A stretch of DNA of 63,470 nucleotides, counting the filler, from Octopus bimaculoides (lineage: Eukaryota): NCBI RefSeq assembly GCF_001194135.2. It is 10 parts of 9 records of this genome, joined end to end, with 100 filler letters (N's around TTAATTAATTAA, not from the genome) between each part and the next. Parts side by side here need not be neighbours in the genome. Positions count along the whole stretch, not along the records: positions 25,336 to 33,097 come from NC_068988.1; positions 33,198 to 36,895 come from NC_069002.1; positions 36,996 to 43,465 come from NC_068983.1; 7 more parts are not named here. One strand, written 5' to 3'. Made by a program: the position numbers and the translations under genes. Positions within the stretch are counted from its first letter, which is position 1. Every line of letters starts with the position of its first letter. Positions 26,480-39,447 of this stretch are shown in pieces. The notes under the pieces were generated by a model. It was not told the origin of the DNA. It did not search any database and saw only the letters and a program-made list of their open reading frames with translations.

Positions 26480-26880
26480 CTCCTACTACTCCAGCAGTAT
26501 TGACAACAGAATCTGCGTCTCAAAATAACTTGCTAAGTAAACTACTGAATCCATATACATTGCTCCAATGCAACCTATCCCAGACGCCAATGTTTCTTTT
26601 TTCAGACCCTTTACATATATCTCAGTATCTCCTCTCTCAGATCCCCCAGCGTTAACACCCAAGTTTCCTCTTCTCCACATAGACTAATATAACTTTTCTC
26701 GGAACCAAACCGACACAAATCCTAGTATATCCTCTCAGTGGCCCCATAATAATCCTTTTATCGCTTCTCTCAGCACCCCCACCGTTAGTCTCTATATCTA
26801 CCAAACGCACGGTTAAGTCATATTTCTCCTCTCACATACTAATCTTTGTATCTACTCTCCCTAAATTCTTCATGAATGTT
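26480..26880 (-). mobile_element. Possible old LINE 3' fragment (L1/Tx1-like)
   Basis: Purine-rich minus strand with decayed reading FVSVWFREKLY..VEKRKLG..RGDTEIYVK. Weak similarity only. Confidence 0.25.
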
Positions 26881-27449
26881 TGTCTACTCTTCCAGAGTGA
26901 AATAGGGTTGACGGAACCGATGTGAAAATCCGTAGGATGAGGTTTATGTGATATTCAAAAGGGCCTTTTATCACATGCTCAGTCATTCCGATTTTTTATG
27001 AGAATAAAGTTAAGCGCATGCGCTGAATGTGATAGTCGGCCACTTATACATTATTTTAACAAGTTTAGTTCAGTTAATCAAACCAACTGAATGTTTACAG
27101 CTGAAACCGCAAGAGGATGCACTCCGTCATCGGCCCCATCGTAGCATAAACCACTATCATCATCATCATCATCATCATTATCATCATCATCATCGTCGTC
27201 TTCTTCATAACCAGCAAAGGAAAAAGAAAAGTTTTCCTAAAGATTACTCCACGAATTGAAACCACAATCAAACAGTTATGAGTGCAACACTCGAACCACT
27301 AAACCAAGCGCCTCCACACTGACTGACATACACTCCTCAAATTCTATTTTTCTCGCAGCAAACTCTAGATTAGGAAAACTTAATCAAGGAGAGAGACACT
27401 TCAATTCCTGTTTAAGCAATGCAAATATAATTTGCAAAGTAGTAAAATA

Positions 27450-28090
27450 CCGATTCTTCAGATATCTCTTGGAGGAATGTTTTAATAGGAATTACAATTA
27501 AGGACGAGTTGAAATTTGTTGGTTGTTTGCTGCCTTTAGGAATAGATTTGAACAGATTTGGTTCAGTCGATATAAAGTAATTGTGACGGAGAATATATTT
27601 TGATTGAGAATTCTGCATTAAGTTCCAAACTTAGATGAAATTGTAAATTGGATATTTTCATTCCCTGCAATAGTACGCTAGGTTATGTTTCCTTCCATTA
27701 AAGAAATATATTGTCTGACGTCTTGAAAGTTGAAAGATACCCAGTGTGCCTTTCAGCTATCCGTGGAATCAATACCGTTTAGAATTTCAGTAATCAATAT
27801 CTGAAGGTCTTCAATTTTCATTACATGCTAGTTTGTATACAGAGCATGGCTTGAAGGAGACGTAATATTCCGAGTAAGATCGGGTGTGTTGAGAACATAA
27901 AGAGTTACATTTCATACATATGTCTAGTACAGGTTTTCAAATAACATCATTGTTTGTGATTATTACGAAGATTCCACCAGGGATTTGTCGTGTGTTATAG
28001 ACCCAAGAGTCCAGAGTTGACTGATTCGACGGCGAAGTAGGCCATAGGAAATGTATGCCATTGTTTTCTTTGTCTTCATTTCCAACGAGA
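27450..28090 (-). pseudogene. Decayed LRR-like coding relic
   Basis: Acceptor tactattgcag|GG at 27664. Broken readings NNGIHFL..YNTRQIPGGIF, KLACNE(I)EDL, and LFLKAANNQQISTRP, with many stops and frameshifts. Confidence 0.35.
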
Positions 28091-28642
28091 TAATCACAGT
28101 GGTATTATATTCCCTCCTGTTCTATCATTTATTATGTCCTATGTGTCCAGCACTGAACATCGGCAAACAAAAACATGTCGCAACAAAATAGTGGTTTCAG
28201 TTTATTCTTTATATTCGTTTATTTGTTTTTCGCATAGTTTTAACAACAATTTTAGAATAATACGATTTAAAATGTAACATTCTGGACGAATCGACAAAAG
28301 GAGCTTCATATATCGTTAGTATACACAAAAGAGAAGTGATCTGTCTTTACCATTCATTGGGGAACGTTGTTCATGACATGGGCTTCCAGAATTGTATGTT
28401 TTTCTTTTCTTTTTTGTTTGACATAAACTAAAATTATCGTAACTTGCTTGGTAAGTCTCACTAGAGACAGAAGTATGTTGTATCCTCAGGGACGAATTAA
28501 AGTCACAGACTCACTGATACATAGTAGCGAAGAAAGAAGCATTGACGAAATGAAAACACAAAAAATAACATCTATGTCTGAGAGATGCTTATCGGTTCAT
28601 TATCAGATTCTTCATATATATGCATACACGCACCCTTCTCCT

Positions 28643-28736
<94 letters not shown>

Positions 28737-29187
28737 ACACACACACACACACGCACACACACACACAGAGGCATACACACACAGAGACACACATACCATC
28801 ACAGAGGCATACACACACACAGACACACACACACACACAAACATATATATAAACGTATGTGTGTCTATACCTAAGACGCATTTAATTCATTTCTAGCATT
28901 GCTAACAACTATACTTTACGTTGCATGATACAACCAAATACATTACACCTGATCTATATTTCAATATATACATAAAACTTTGAAATTAAATGCATGAACA
29001 TCATGAAGAAAATGTGTTCATGTTTTTCTTTATATACTTTTCAAATTATATATTTCACTAACATTCTCCTAGTAAGAAACAAGTTAACATTCTCGTAGTA
29101 AGAAGTTAAAATTTATTCCGAGAGTGTATCTAATTTGTCTAATTTATTTACACAGGTTTTCACAAGATAACTAAAAAATTAATTTCC

Positions 29188-29243
<56 letters not shown>

Positions 29244-29699
29244 NNNNNNNNNNNNNNNNNNNNNNNNNNNNNNNNNNNNNNNNNNNNNNNNNNNNNNNNN
29301 NNNNNNNNNNNNNNNNNNNNNNNNNNNNNNNNNNNNNNNNNNNNNNNNNNNNNNNNNNNNNNNNNNNNNNNNNNNNNNNNNNNNNNNNNNNNNNNNNNNN
29401 NNNNNNNNNNNNNNNNNNNNNNNNNNNNNNNNNNNNNNNNNNNNNNNNNNNNNNNNNNNNNNNNNNNNNNNNNNNNNNNNNNNNNNNNNNNNNNNNNNNN
29501 NNNNNNNNNNNNNNNNNNNNNNNNNNNNNNNNNNNNNNNNNNNNNNNNNNNNNNNNNNNNNNNNNNNNNNNNNNNNNNNNNNNNNNNNNNNNNNNNNNNN
29601 NNNNNNNNNNNNTTTTGCTTTATATATTTTTTTCAATGCAGTGAAAAAATGTTAGAAATGGTTAAGTTTTGGCTTATACTTTTCAATGAAGAAGGTTTC

Positions 29700-30420
29700 C
29701 TTATTTAATTTAATTTGTGTTGGTGTTCCAATGGCACATTGATAGAACGGAAAGGTTACAAATTGCGGTAGTATGTTTTGCGCATTTCTCAATATGTTCA
29801 CTAAAGGGTATCATTCTATATTCTGAGAATGCAATTTGCTGTCGATGCAGAGTGCATCTGCGTCTGATCGTAATCCTGTGGACCCTATATAGTTTTGGTG
29901 GCAGTCCGAGCATCTTATGACATAAATCAGGTTTTCTGAGGCAGAAGTAAAGTCAGATTTGATTTTGAATTTTTGTCCCACTTTGAAAAGGAATTCTGAT
30001 CCTTCTAGAAGTTTTGGGCATGTTGCGCAATTTGGTCGACCACATTTTTTCACTTTTGCATCTGTTATTTTGGAAAATAATTTTGCCTTTGTTAGGATCT
30101 TTTTTTGTGATTTCGGTTGTTTGTAGCTTTTAATGATTTTATGTGTGTGTAAAGTTTCCTTAATTTGGGGTCCTTATGTAGCATTGGTAAATTTTGGGTG
30201 ATGATGGTGAAGGCTTCTTTGTTTCTGGGGTTGTATGTGGATATGTATGGCAATATTTTCGGGGAAGGTGTGTTGCTGTGTTGAACTTTTCTTAAGTTTT
30301 CTATGTCGATTTGTGTTACTTGTCTGATTCCATGAGTTGAACTGGGTAGTGTATGTCAATTAGGGTATTTTTGAATGTTTACAAGTCAGAATATATACTC
30401 CATTGTAATATAACATTCTT
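29700..30420 (-). mobile_element. Penelope-like element fragment: RT-thumb/linker plus GIY-YIG endonuclease
   Basis: PKILPYISTYNPRNKEAF..KQPKSQKKILTKAK..KCGRPNCATCP..SENLIYVIRCSDCHQNYIGSTG, then after a frameshift RRRCTLHRQQI..FSEHIEKCAK. Confidence 0.9.
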
Positions 30421-30689
30421 GGGTGTTCTGGAAATCATATATTAGACTCTATTAGACGTAGCTCTCCGGTCCTCCCGCCATGTCAGACGTAAACGCAGCA
30501 AGCTTTCTTCATGACATGTGGCCAACGGTGTGTTTTGGCTTTTGTTTTGTGTCTGTTTGTTTTTGTTAGTTTTTCGTTGTTATTCTGTTTTTTTAAGATT
30601 TCCTGATACGTTACTTTCCGAACTCAGTTTTATTTCATTTCATATATTTTAAAAAAAGTGAAATTTATAAAAAAAACTATTTAGAAAGA

Positions 30690-31287
30690 GTATAAATTAA
30701 CGCTTGTTCCTTGTTGACAGATGCACGTAATGAATGTTGTAAATCTAACTAATAGAAGCTGTTCAGCACAATTATTTTTACTCAAAGCAGATATAGAAGC
30801 TAAATGACGTAGAGATAATAACATACAATATGGCAGCCAATAAATTTTAACTTCGACTAACATGAGTCTCATTAGTTTTCGGTGCATCAAAATTTAATAT
30901 AATCTCTCTGTCAAACCGTTTATGCAATCTTGTTCATTTACTGAGCGATTCTCTTTCATCACAGTCAGGGCAATTACATTTACTTCAACGTTCCAACGTT
31001 ATCATTAGCTACGTCAACTCAGTTCGACTTAATCATTATATGAAGAACATCAGTTTATTTGGAATACTCAGACATTACTACAATAATAAAATACGGGCCT
31101 TGTATTTGTAATTCAAAGGTCCAGCTTTGTCAAACGATGTGTCTTACAAATTCTTTCTGAGAATGACGTGAATAATACATAAGACCGTGTTCAGCCAATT
31201 ACAGGCTGATCATAGGCTTCAATGCAGTCAACAATGTTGTGAAGAGAAAATCACAAAGTAGACACGTAATATTACACACGACCAAGC
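30690..31287 (-). pseudogene. Decayed LRR-like exon
   Basis: Strong acceptor gctaattttccag|GC at 31287. Readings LVVCNITCLLCDF, ERICKTHRLTKLDL* (31157-31113) and KIYWLPYCMLLSLRHLASISALSKNN, with stops and frameshifts. Confidence 0.45.
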
Positions 31288-31508
31288 CTGGAAAATTAGC
31301 ATATTTTTATATGCATTATGTCAGTATTAATCTCAGTATAATCACTGCAACCTATCATCTGCATGAAAAATAAGAAGTTAAGTAAGTGTTCCTGTATCGA
31401 ATGACAAAAATATTGTTATAAATATTTCTGAAGTTTATGAACATAAAGATTAACAAATCATTTATTTCTGTATTAACTCGAATAATTCATAGATTATTGA
31501 CTTCCAGT

Positions 31509-31898
31509 GGAGGCACAATGGCCCAGTGGTTAGGGTAGCGGACTCGCGGTCAAAGGATCGCAGTTTCGATTACCAGACCGGGTGTTGTGAGTGTTTATTG
31601 GGTCAAAACACTTAAAGCGCCATGAGGCTCCGACAGGGGATGGTGGCGAACCCTGCTGTACTCTTCCACCACAACTTTCTCTCAGTCTTTCTTCCTGTTT
31701 CTCTTGTACCTGTATTTCGAAGGGTCAGCCTTGTCACTCTGTGTCACGCTGAATCTCCCCGAGAACTACGTTAAAGGTACACGTGTCTGTGGAGTGCTCA
31801 ACCACTTACACGTTAATTTCACGAGCAGGCTGTTCTGTTGATTGGATCAACTGGAACCTTCGACGTTGTAAGCGACGGAGTGCCAACACACACACACG
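31509..31898 (+). mobile_element. tRNA-derived SINE, full length, CpG-retaining copy
   Basis: tRNA-like head with A/B boxes (tggcccagtggttagg..gtttcgattacc), body aagggtcagccttgtcac..ggatcaactggaacc..gacggagtgcc, CA tail. Homolog at 51695. Confidence 0.85.
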
Positions 31899-32084
31899 CT
31901 TGACTTCCAGTTCTAAACTATATTCCAAAATATTTGTGTATATTTTTAACCAACGCTTTATATTTCGACAAGTGTGCACATCATGGATTCGTATACGATA
32001 TGTTTGCGGAAGGACAAAGAGGGTGTCTCAAATCAGAATCGGTGGCATGATGGGATTTCATCGAAGACTAAGTCCATTCATTGT

Positions 32085-32410
32085 GAAGGCGAGTGGCTCT
32101 GTGGTTAGGGTATTCGGTTCATGATTGTTATGTAATGAGTTCGATTTCCGTCAGTGGATTGTATCCTATAGCAAGACATTTTATTTCACGTTGCTCCAGT
32201 TTGGTCAGCTGGAAAAAAGATGTGCCGTATCTGTATTTCGAAAGGGCCAGCTTTGTCACACTGTCTGTATCGCTGAAACTTCCCGAGAACTACGCTAAGG
32301 GTACGCGTGTTTTGGGAGTACTCTGCCAAAAGCACGTTAATTTCACGAGCAGGTTGTTCCATTCAACGGATCAACTGGAACACGCATCGTCGTAGCCGAC
32401 GGAGTGCCAG
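32085..32410 (+). mobile_element. Related tRNA-derived SINE sharing the same 3' body
   Basis: Head gtggctctgtggttagggtattcgg..gagttcgatttcc, with shared aagggccagctttgtcacact..ggatcaactggaac..gacggagtgcc. Confidence 0.8.
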
Positions 32411-32604
32411 TAAAATGTCCCTTTATTGTCTTCCCCCACAGGTATTGCTTGTCAAACCACTATTAAAATAGCTAAATTTTAATTGGATAAATTGATTTGA
32501 TTTATAACCGTTTCTTCGCAGCTAGATCGAGTAATAAATTACAAATGCATTAAAAGTGATACTATGTCTCGTTTAATGAGATTACGTACAAAATAAAGAG
32601 AACG

Positions 32605-32740
32605 AGATGGCAGTCTCGTTAGCCGAATGCAAAGCTAAGCAGCATTTCGTCCGTCTTTAATTTATGAATTAAAATTCCATCGAGTTTGACTTTGCCGTTT
32701 ATTCTTTCTTGACCGATAAAGTTGGGGACTGGCGGCAATG
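32605..32740 (+). mobile_element. Deu/Nin-core SINE fragment
   Basis: gcatttcgtccgtcttta..aattccatcgagtttgactttgcc. Confidence 0.6.
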
Positions 32741-33051
32741 GAATCGTCTAGTCACCACTTCCAATACTTCCAGCTTTTTACATACGATAAAAATTATTTT
32801 ACGTTAAAGATTATATCTACAGATTTTAACCAAAATTTACGTAAGACTCACATGTAAAAATCTTGCATTTAAACAGGGAATTTTATGGCGCTAACACAAA
32901 ACAACCTTTACAGTCCAACAAAAGCTTCTTTTCATCTTCTGAAAGATATTATCAACATTAGGTTTTCCATGGGTCTGTTACAATTATAGCTAAAATAACC
33001 CCACATATGTACAAACACGCACACGCACGCACACACAAACACACACACACG

Positions 33052-33097
<46 letters not shown>

Positions 33098-33197
33098 NNN
33101 NNNNNNNNNNNNNNNNNNNNNNNNNNNNNNNNNNNNNNNNNTTAATTAATTAANNNNNNNNNNNNNNNNNNNNNNNNNNNNNNNNNNNNNNNNNNNN

Positions 33198-33238
<41 letters not shown>

Positions 33239-33798
33239 TATTTATACATTCATACATACGATATAAATGCAAGTGCATACATATACAGATGCACACATAC
33301 ACACACACACACACAAAAATATATATATGCGCATATATATATGTATGTATGTATATATATGTATATCTATATATGCATGTATACATATATGTCTGCATAA
33401 ATATATATATATATTTATACGCACACACGCACGCACGCCCACCCTCCACATATGTATGAGGGTATGTGTGGATATGTGTGTATGTATATACATATATTTA
33501 TACATATACATATATACACACATATATACACACATATACATACACATGGATTATATATATATGTTTATATACATACTCATACATATATTAATACTTACAA
33601 ATATACATACATGCATGAATACATAGAAATATGAGAACTCACACATATTCACCTGTTCTCATACCTACATATAGAGGTGAAATTACATTTTAGTTAAATA
33701 TTTGTTTTGTATTGAACTGACAAGACTTCATTAATTTGAAAAAAATTTAAATATACATACACACAAAATAATGCGTATATGAGCGGGTATATACATAC

Positions 33799-33830
<32 letters not shown>

Positions 33831-33907
33831 CAACTGTGTAAACCAAATGATATGTTTTAGTATGATATGCAATGTCACATAGCTATTGCATGTAGAACGA
33901 TATTCTT

Positions 33908-34040
33908 TTCTACTCTAGACACAAGGCCCGAAATTTTGGGGTAGGGGGCCAGTCGATTAGATCGACCCCAGTACGCAACTGGTAATTAATTTATCAACTC
34001 TGAAAGGATGAAAAGCAAAGTTGACGTCGGCGGAATTTGT
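33908..34040 (-). mobile_element. Deu/Nin-core SINE 3' fragment
   Basis: cacaaggcccgaaattttgggg..gtcgattagatcgaccccagtacgcaactggta..gaaaggatgaaaagcaaagttgac. Confidence 0.8.
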
Positions 34041-34544
34041 CATATAGAACGATATTATTTATGTTCTCATTTAGATTTGTATTTGTGTAATATCAAATAT
34101 TATATAATTTGATATAAATTGTTATCCTATAGTACCCCATAATGTTATTCTCTATTACCACATATTGTTTTCATTCAAAAGAATGTACTAAATTTTATTA
34201 ATATATTATAGATTTAGTTAGAATATGATATCGTATCATATCTGATGCGATTATATTGCTATATTTCAATATGTTGGGATTTATATATTATACTGTCATA
34301 CTCCAGCATATATCCCAACGCAATTATATATATGTATATATATATATATACGCACATACACATTTGTTTCTTGTAACATAATGTAATAAAATTTTCCCCG
34401 ATGGTCCGTTTTGGTTAAGTATTGAATTGAACTTGTTAACGTCAAATGCAGGGTTTCAAACAAACATAATGGTTAAAAGGATGTCGGAACAAGTTATATG
34501 AATTTCTGTTTATCATATTTTGTTATATATGTATATATATATAT

Positions 34545-34594
<50 letters not shown>

Positions 34595-34916
34595 AAGTGT
34601 CTTTAACTATATCCTCGGTCCGATCAATGCCTTGTGAGTGCAGTTGGTAGACGGAAACTGAAAGAAGTTCATCGTATATATATATGTATATATATATACA
34701 TACATATATACACGGTCGCAGTCAAATGACAGAAACAAGTAAAGAGAAATGTGGAGTGGGGTGAAGTGGGGGAATGAGTGAGTGTGAGTGTATGTGTGCG
34801 TGTGTGTGTGTTTGTGTGTATGTGCGTGTAAGTGTTATACTAACCTTCAAACGATATTTGGAGAAATGTCTTCAGTAGATACCTATCAAACCACCCATAC
34901 TTGAACATATCTCAGT

Positions 34917-34968
34917 CTAACCCTAACCCTAACCCTAACCCTAACCCTAACCCTAACCCTAGCCCTAA
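34917..34968 (-). repeat. Interstitial telomeric repeat (TTAGGG)n, about 8 units
   Basis: ctaa(ccctaa)6 ccctag ccctaa. Confidence 0.95.
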
Positions 34969-35238
34969 CTTCCTTCTTGAATGGGTCATGATACCAGAAA
35001 ATCTGACTTAAAAGATTCTGCTCTTAAGTTAGACCTGATCTGGGCCAATTTGGATCGAGACATACCCAAGTAATAAGACTGTGATGAAACTATGTCAGCT
35101 CTTTAACCAGCTACACTGTGATGTCATATACTGTAACGAATTATCATATTATATTCTATGTTATATTAACATATTGTACACTGTAATATCATATCTTTGA
35201 TAATATTCTTTATGTAAGTGATATTGTATTATAGACCC

Positions 35239-35378
35239 GTGCGTGGGACGTTAGAGTGCCGGACTGACAATTATAAGTCCGTAGGTTCGAATTCTACTGC
35301 AGGCTGTGTGTTGTCCTTGATCAAAGCACTGCCATTTTTGTACATAACTGTAGTCTACTCAGCTATAAATGAGTACAT
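35239..35378 (+). mobile_element. tRNA-headed SINE relic
   Basis: gttagagtgccggactgacaattataagtccgtaggttcgaattc (B-box), followed by gtgttgtccttga..aagcac..ctcagctataaatgagtac. Confidence 0.65.
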
Positions 35379-35402
35379 CCCTTCTATATGTCTCTCTGTC
35401 TC

Positions 35403-35473
<71 letters not shown>

Positions 35474-36100
35474 NNNNNNNNNNNNNNNNNNNNNNNNNNN
35501 NNNNNNNNNNNNNNNNNNNNNNNNNNNNNNNNNNNNNNNNNNNNNNNNNNNNNNNNNNNNNNNNNNNNNNNNNNNNNNNNNNNNNNNNNNNNNNNNNNNN
35601 NNNNNNNNNNNNNNNNNNNNNNNNNNNNNNNNNNNNNNNNNNNNNNNNNNNNNNNNNNNNNNNNNNNNNNNNNNNNNNNNNNNNNNNNNNNNNNNNNNNN
35701 NNNNNNNNNNNNNNNNNNNNNNNNNNNNNNNNNNNNNNNNNNNNNNNNNNNNNNNNNNNNNNNNNNNNNNNNNNNNNNNNNNNNNNNNNNNNNNNNNNNN
35801 NNNNNNNNNNNNNNNNNNNNNNNNNNNNNNNNNNNNNNNNNNNNNNNNNNNNNNNNNNNNNNNNNNNNNNNNNNNNNNNNNNNNNNNNNNNNNNNNNNNN
35901 NNNNNNNNNNNNNNNCATTCTATCTCCCACACACAGCCCCTCGTTCTTCGATCACCGTTTGTTATCTCCCCCTTTTCTTAGCTCTCCTGAAAAAAGAATT
36001 TCTAACTTCCGGTCAGTCATTATTAGCCATTATTATGATTGACCGTTGACTGAACACTATTCAATTTCTTTTCTCCGTGTTTTTCTCCTTGTCTCCGTAT

Positions 36101-36137
36101 TCTTTCTGTTGAAGAGCGTAGCTCGAAACGTCAAAGA
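36101..36137 (+). ncRNA. Minimal type-I hammerhead-ribozyme-like motif with variant core, inside a repeat at about 36040-36230
   Basis: TCTTT / CTGTTGA / A / GAG-CGTAG-CTC / GAA / ACGT palindrome / C / AAAGA. This gives stem I (TCTTT:AAAGA), stem II (GAG:CTC), a palindromic stem III and a GUC cleavage triplet. Confidence 0.5.
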
Positions 36138-36562
36138 CTTTCCGTATTCCTGAGCGTCATACTAATACATCCTTTTGTTATTTACACCACCTGTCCTCGT
36201 CTGTTGTTGTTTTTTCGTACATTCTCCTATATATAATCTTATATATATATAGTTTAACATGGCATATAATGTTAAAATATTATATCATTATCTCTTTATA
36301 ATACATCTTTATATTGCACATACTGCACTATACACTTTTAGCCCCATATTTGTGGCCATGAGTCAAAGTTAGAAGATTAAAAATTCAACGCTCAACAAGG
36401 ATATGGACCTAAAAATTTCCAAAGCCGTCTTTGTTGTAGATTATATAACAAGCCAAAGTTGGTACTCGACTAATATGCAACTCCTCCATGATCAAACACT
36501 ACTAACTTTCATTTTTCATTAAATACCAGTGGCAAACTGAGGTCGATTCATTCCAGTCAATA

Positions 36563-36880
<318 letters not shown>

Positions 36881-36995
36881 AACATACAGAAAATTNNNNN
36901 NNNNNNNNNNNNNNNNNNNNNNNNNNNNNNNNNNNNNNNTTAATTAATTAANNNNNNNNNNNNNNNNNNNNNNNNNNNNNNNNNNNNNNNNNNNN

Positions 36996-37070
<75 letters not shown>

Positions 37071-37499
37071 CGTATATGTATAAATATATATTCGTATATG
37101 TATACACACATATATATATGTATATATATGTGTGTATGTATATATGTGTTTGTGTGTATATATATATATACACACACATATATTTTCCACCATTTCTCTG
37201 TTGCATACAAGACTTAGGTACTAAAAAATAATTAACAACATTAATCATAGACAAAGAGAATCGTATATTAGCTTATTGTGGAGTAAGAAAATCATTGTTG
37301 AAACAAACAAAAAAAAAAGAAACAACAAATAATCACGAAAGTTGTTGAAATAAACATTAGATACAACAAAGTTTGTGTCTTAGACTTCGTTTCAAGTGTG
37401 TGTAAATATATATGGGTGCATGTGTGTGTACGCGCGCGCGAGAGTGTCTGTTGTAAATTGTACGGCAGAAAGAACAAAGAACAGCGACAAAGCAATATT

Positions 37500-37613
37500 C
37501 TTGTGTTTCTTTGCTGTTAAAGTTAAAACTTAAATGAGCTTTCCTCTCTGACGCGAGTTTAATTATTCTTTCTAAAGAAATAGATTTAACTAGATCATTG
37601 GGAAACTGCAATT
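37500..37613 (-). pseudogene. Possible LRR-like exon or relic
   Basis: Strong acceptor ccttttcctgtttctgcag|AA at 37613. Only the phase-1 frame is open: LQFPNDLVKSISLERIIKLASERKAHLSFN, which resembles LxxLxxLxLSxN. No convincing donor. Confidence 0.35.
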
Positions 37614-38332
37614 CTGCAGAAACAGGAAAAGGTTAAACATTAAAAGTCATTTCATTGTTACATGTGAATCTTATGTATTTTTTACATTTATTTATTTAAC
37701 TATTTGTTCGTTAGTTTTCGCTGACATCGCCGTAGACATAGCTTTCTGTGTGATTAAGTATTGCATTTTCGAATTACGTGGTTCCAAAAGGCAGGAATGA
37801 TAAGAGTTGTAACCTTAAATCTGTAAGATATTAAAAATAATAAGTTTTTGCGTCTGTTATATATTATACTGTTAAGAACATTCCATGGACATTTTACGAG
37901 CGATCACAACTTATTCTATATATTTGTTGTGTATTTTAAAGGACAAATTTTAAAGTAAATGTAAAATTAAACCATCAGCATAGAATTAATTTTAAAAATT
38001 GCATATTTTTTGGAAGGCCTCATTTGTTGAGGGAAATGACAACGATATAACACGCAGATATTTACCGCACATATAAAGAAGTACTTATATATGCACACAC
38101 ACACACATATATATATACATATATGTAAAACATACAGTTCACTAGTACGTCAGTTGAAAACTACATTAAAATGGGTAAAATTCAAACTAAAAGCAATAAA
38201 TTAGACAGAGAGATACAATTGACAATTCAATAATTTAATTATATTAAAACATAATATTCTATGAATATAACATAATATAAGACAACATAAACAAGTATTA
38301 AAAAACCAAAATAGCCAACAATTTGTTTCGAC

Positions 38333-38363
<31 letters not shown>

Positions 38364-38373
38364 NNNNNNNNNN

Positions 38374-38406
<33 letters not shown>

Positions 38407-38607
38407 ATATATAAACAATTCCCTTCCCTTGTATAAACCTCATCAGAGCCAGCGATTTGAAGATATACGAAATTCCATGTGAAAGGATTCCTTTCACATG
38501 ACAATCTTTTTGAGATATGCTCCGATTTAGAAATATATGAAGTCTATCATTTATGAAACACGGAGAAAAATCCTTAATTTTCAAATTCATAAACTTGATC
38601 AGTTCTG

Positions 38608-38966
38608 GAGTAAAGATTATTTGCCAACATAACATGGCAGTCCTGGTTTAGGACGAATGTTGCTGCAATTTTGAGCTGAGTTGAGGTGCTAGATTCCCTT
38701 GTTCGAAAATGTTATGTCTCAAACTACTGCTATCTACTCGACTGCTCCTCGTCAGCTACTCAACTCTCTACCACGGTCAGACTACCTCTATTTATATGTC
38801 TTGAGCGATCCTACTTCTTCGCTTGCGGGCGTCGACACAACAGAAAATATAAGGACACAGATCGTATCGTATAGCGAGTTGGAGACGATGTCTCCTGGGG
38901 CTAAATTACAGCAACATTCGTCCTAAACCAGAATTGCCATGTTATGTTGGCAAACAATCTATACTC
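38608..38966. mobile_element. MITE-like element with about 68-bp imperfect terminal inverted repeats
   Basis: 38608-38676 (gagtaaagattatttgccaacataacatggcagtcctggtttaggacgaatgttgctgcaattttgagc) is the reverse complement of 38900-38966 with few mismatches. Confidence 0.75.
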
Positions 38967-39380
38967 TAAAGTACTGTTGCTGAATATCTCTCCTTGTGAG
39001 ATTTACAAATAATAATTTTCTATGATCAGTTCTGTTCAAATATGTTCTGTCTGCCTTAATTAAAGGCTTTAAAATCCTTAATTAGTTATTCATTTCTCCC
39101 TTTGTAGTGCATATTTACACTTAAATTCACGTTCACATTTCATTATTTTACATAATGGTCTTTTAATATATTATACTTGTCTGCACAGGTTATGTTTATT
39201 GATGCAGTTATTAGCGTTTTAAATAAACGGATGCAAATGAAACATTCTGAATTGCATTTTAAAGAATTTGGACAACCCTTATACGGTGTTTGGCTCCTTC
39301 ATATTTGTAACGTCTTGTTGTCCATGCTGCAATTGTCTTCTGTTTCATTCCTTCGCTACAGAAACTCAGGCCGTCCATAC

Positions 39381-39447
39381 CAAGCAATAAATATCTTGCT
39401 TGGATGTCCATCTGCAATAATATATCGTGATGGCTAACATTTTTCCT
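39381..39447 (-). CDS. Candidate internal exon of a minus-strand gene
   Basis: Acceptor catcttatttcag|A at 39447 and donor TTG|gtatgg. Phase-compatible with the 40935-40960 exon, giving MAPKCEILR-GKMLAITIYYCRWTSKQDIYCL. No homology recognised. Confidence 0.3.

Noticed and set aside
35239-35300. tRNA-like sequence (also the SINE heads at 31509, 51695 and 57188)
   Set aside because: No complete cloverleaf, and each continues into a SINE body; not functional tRNA genes.
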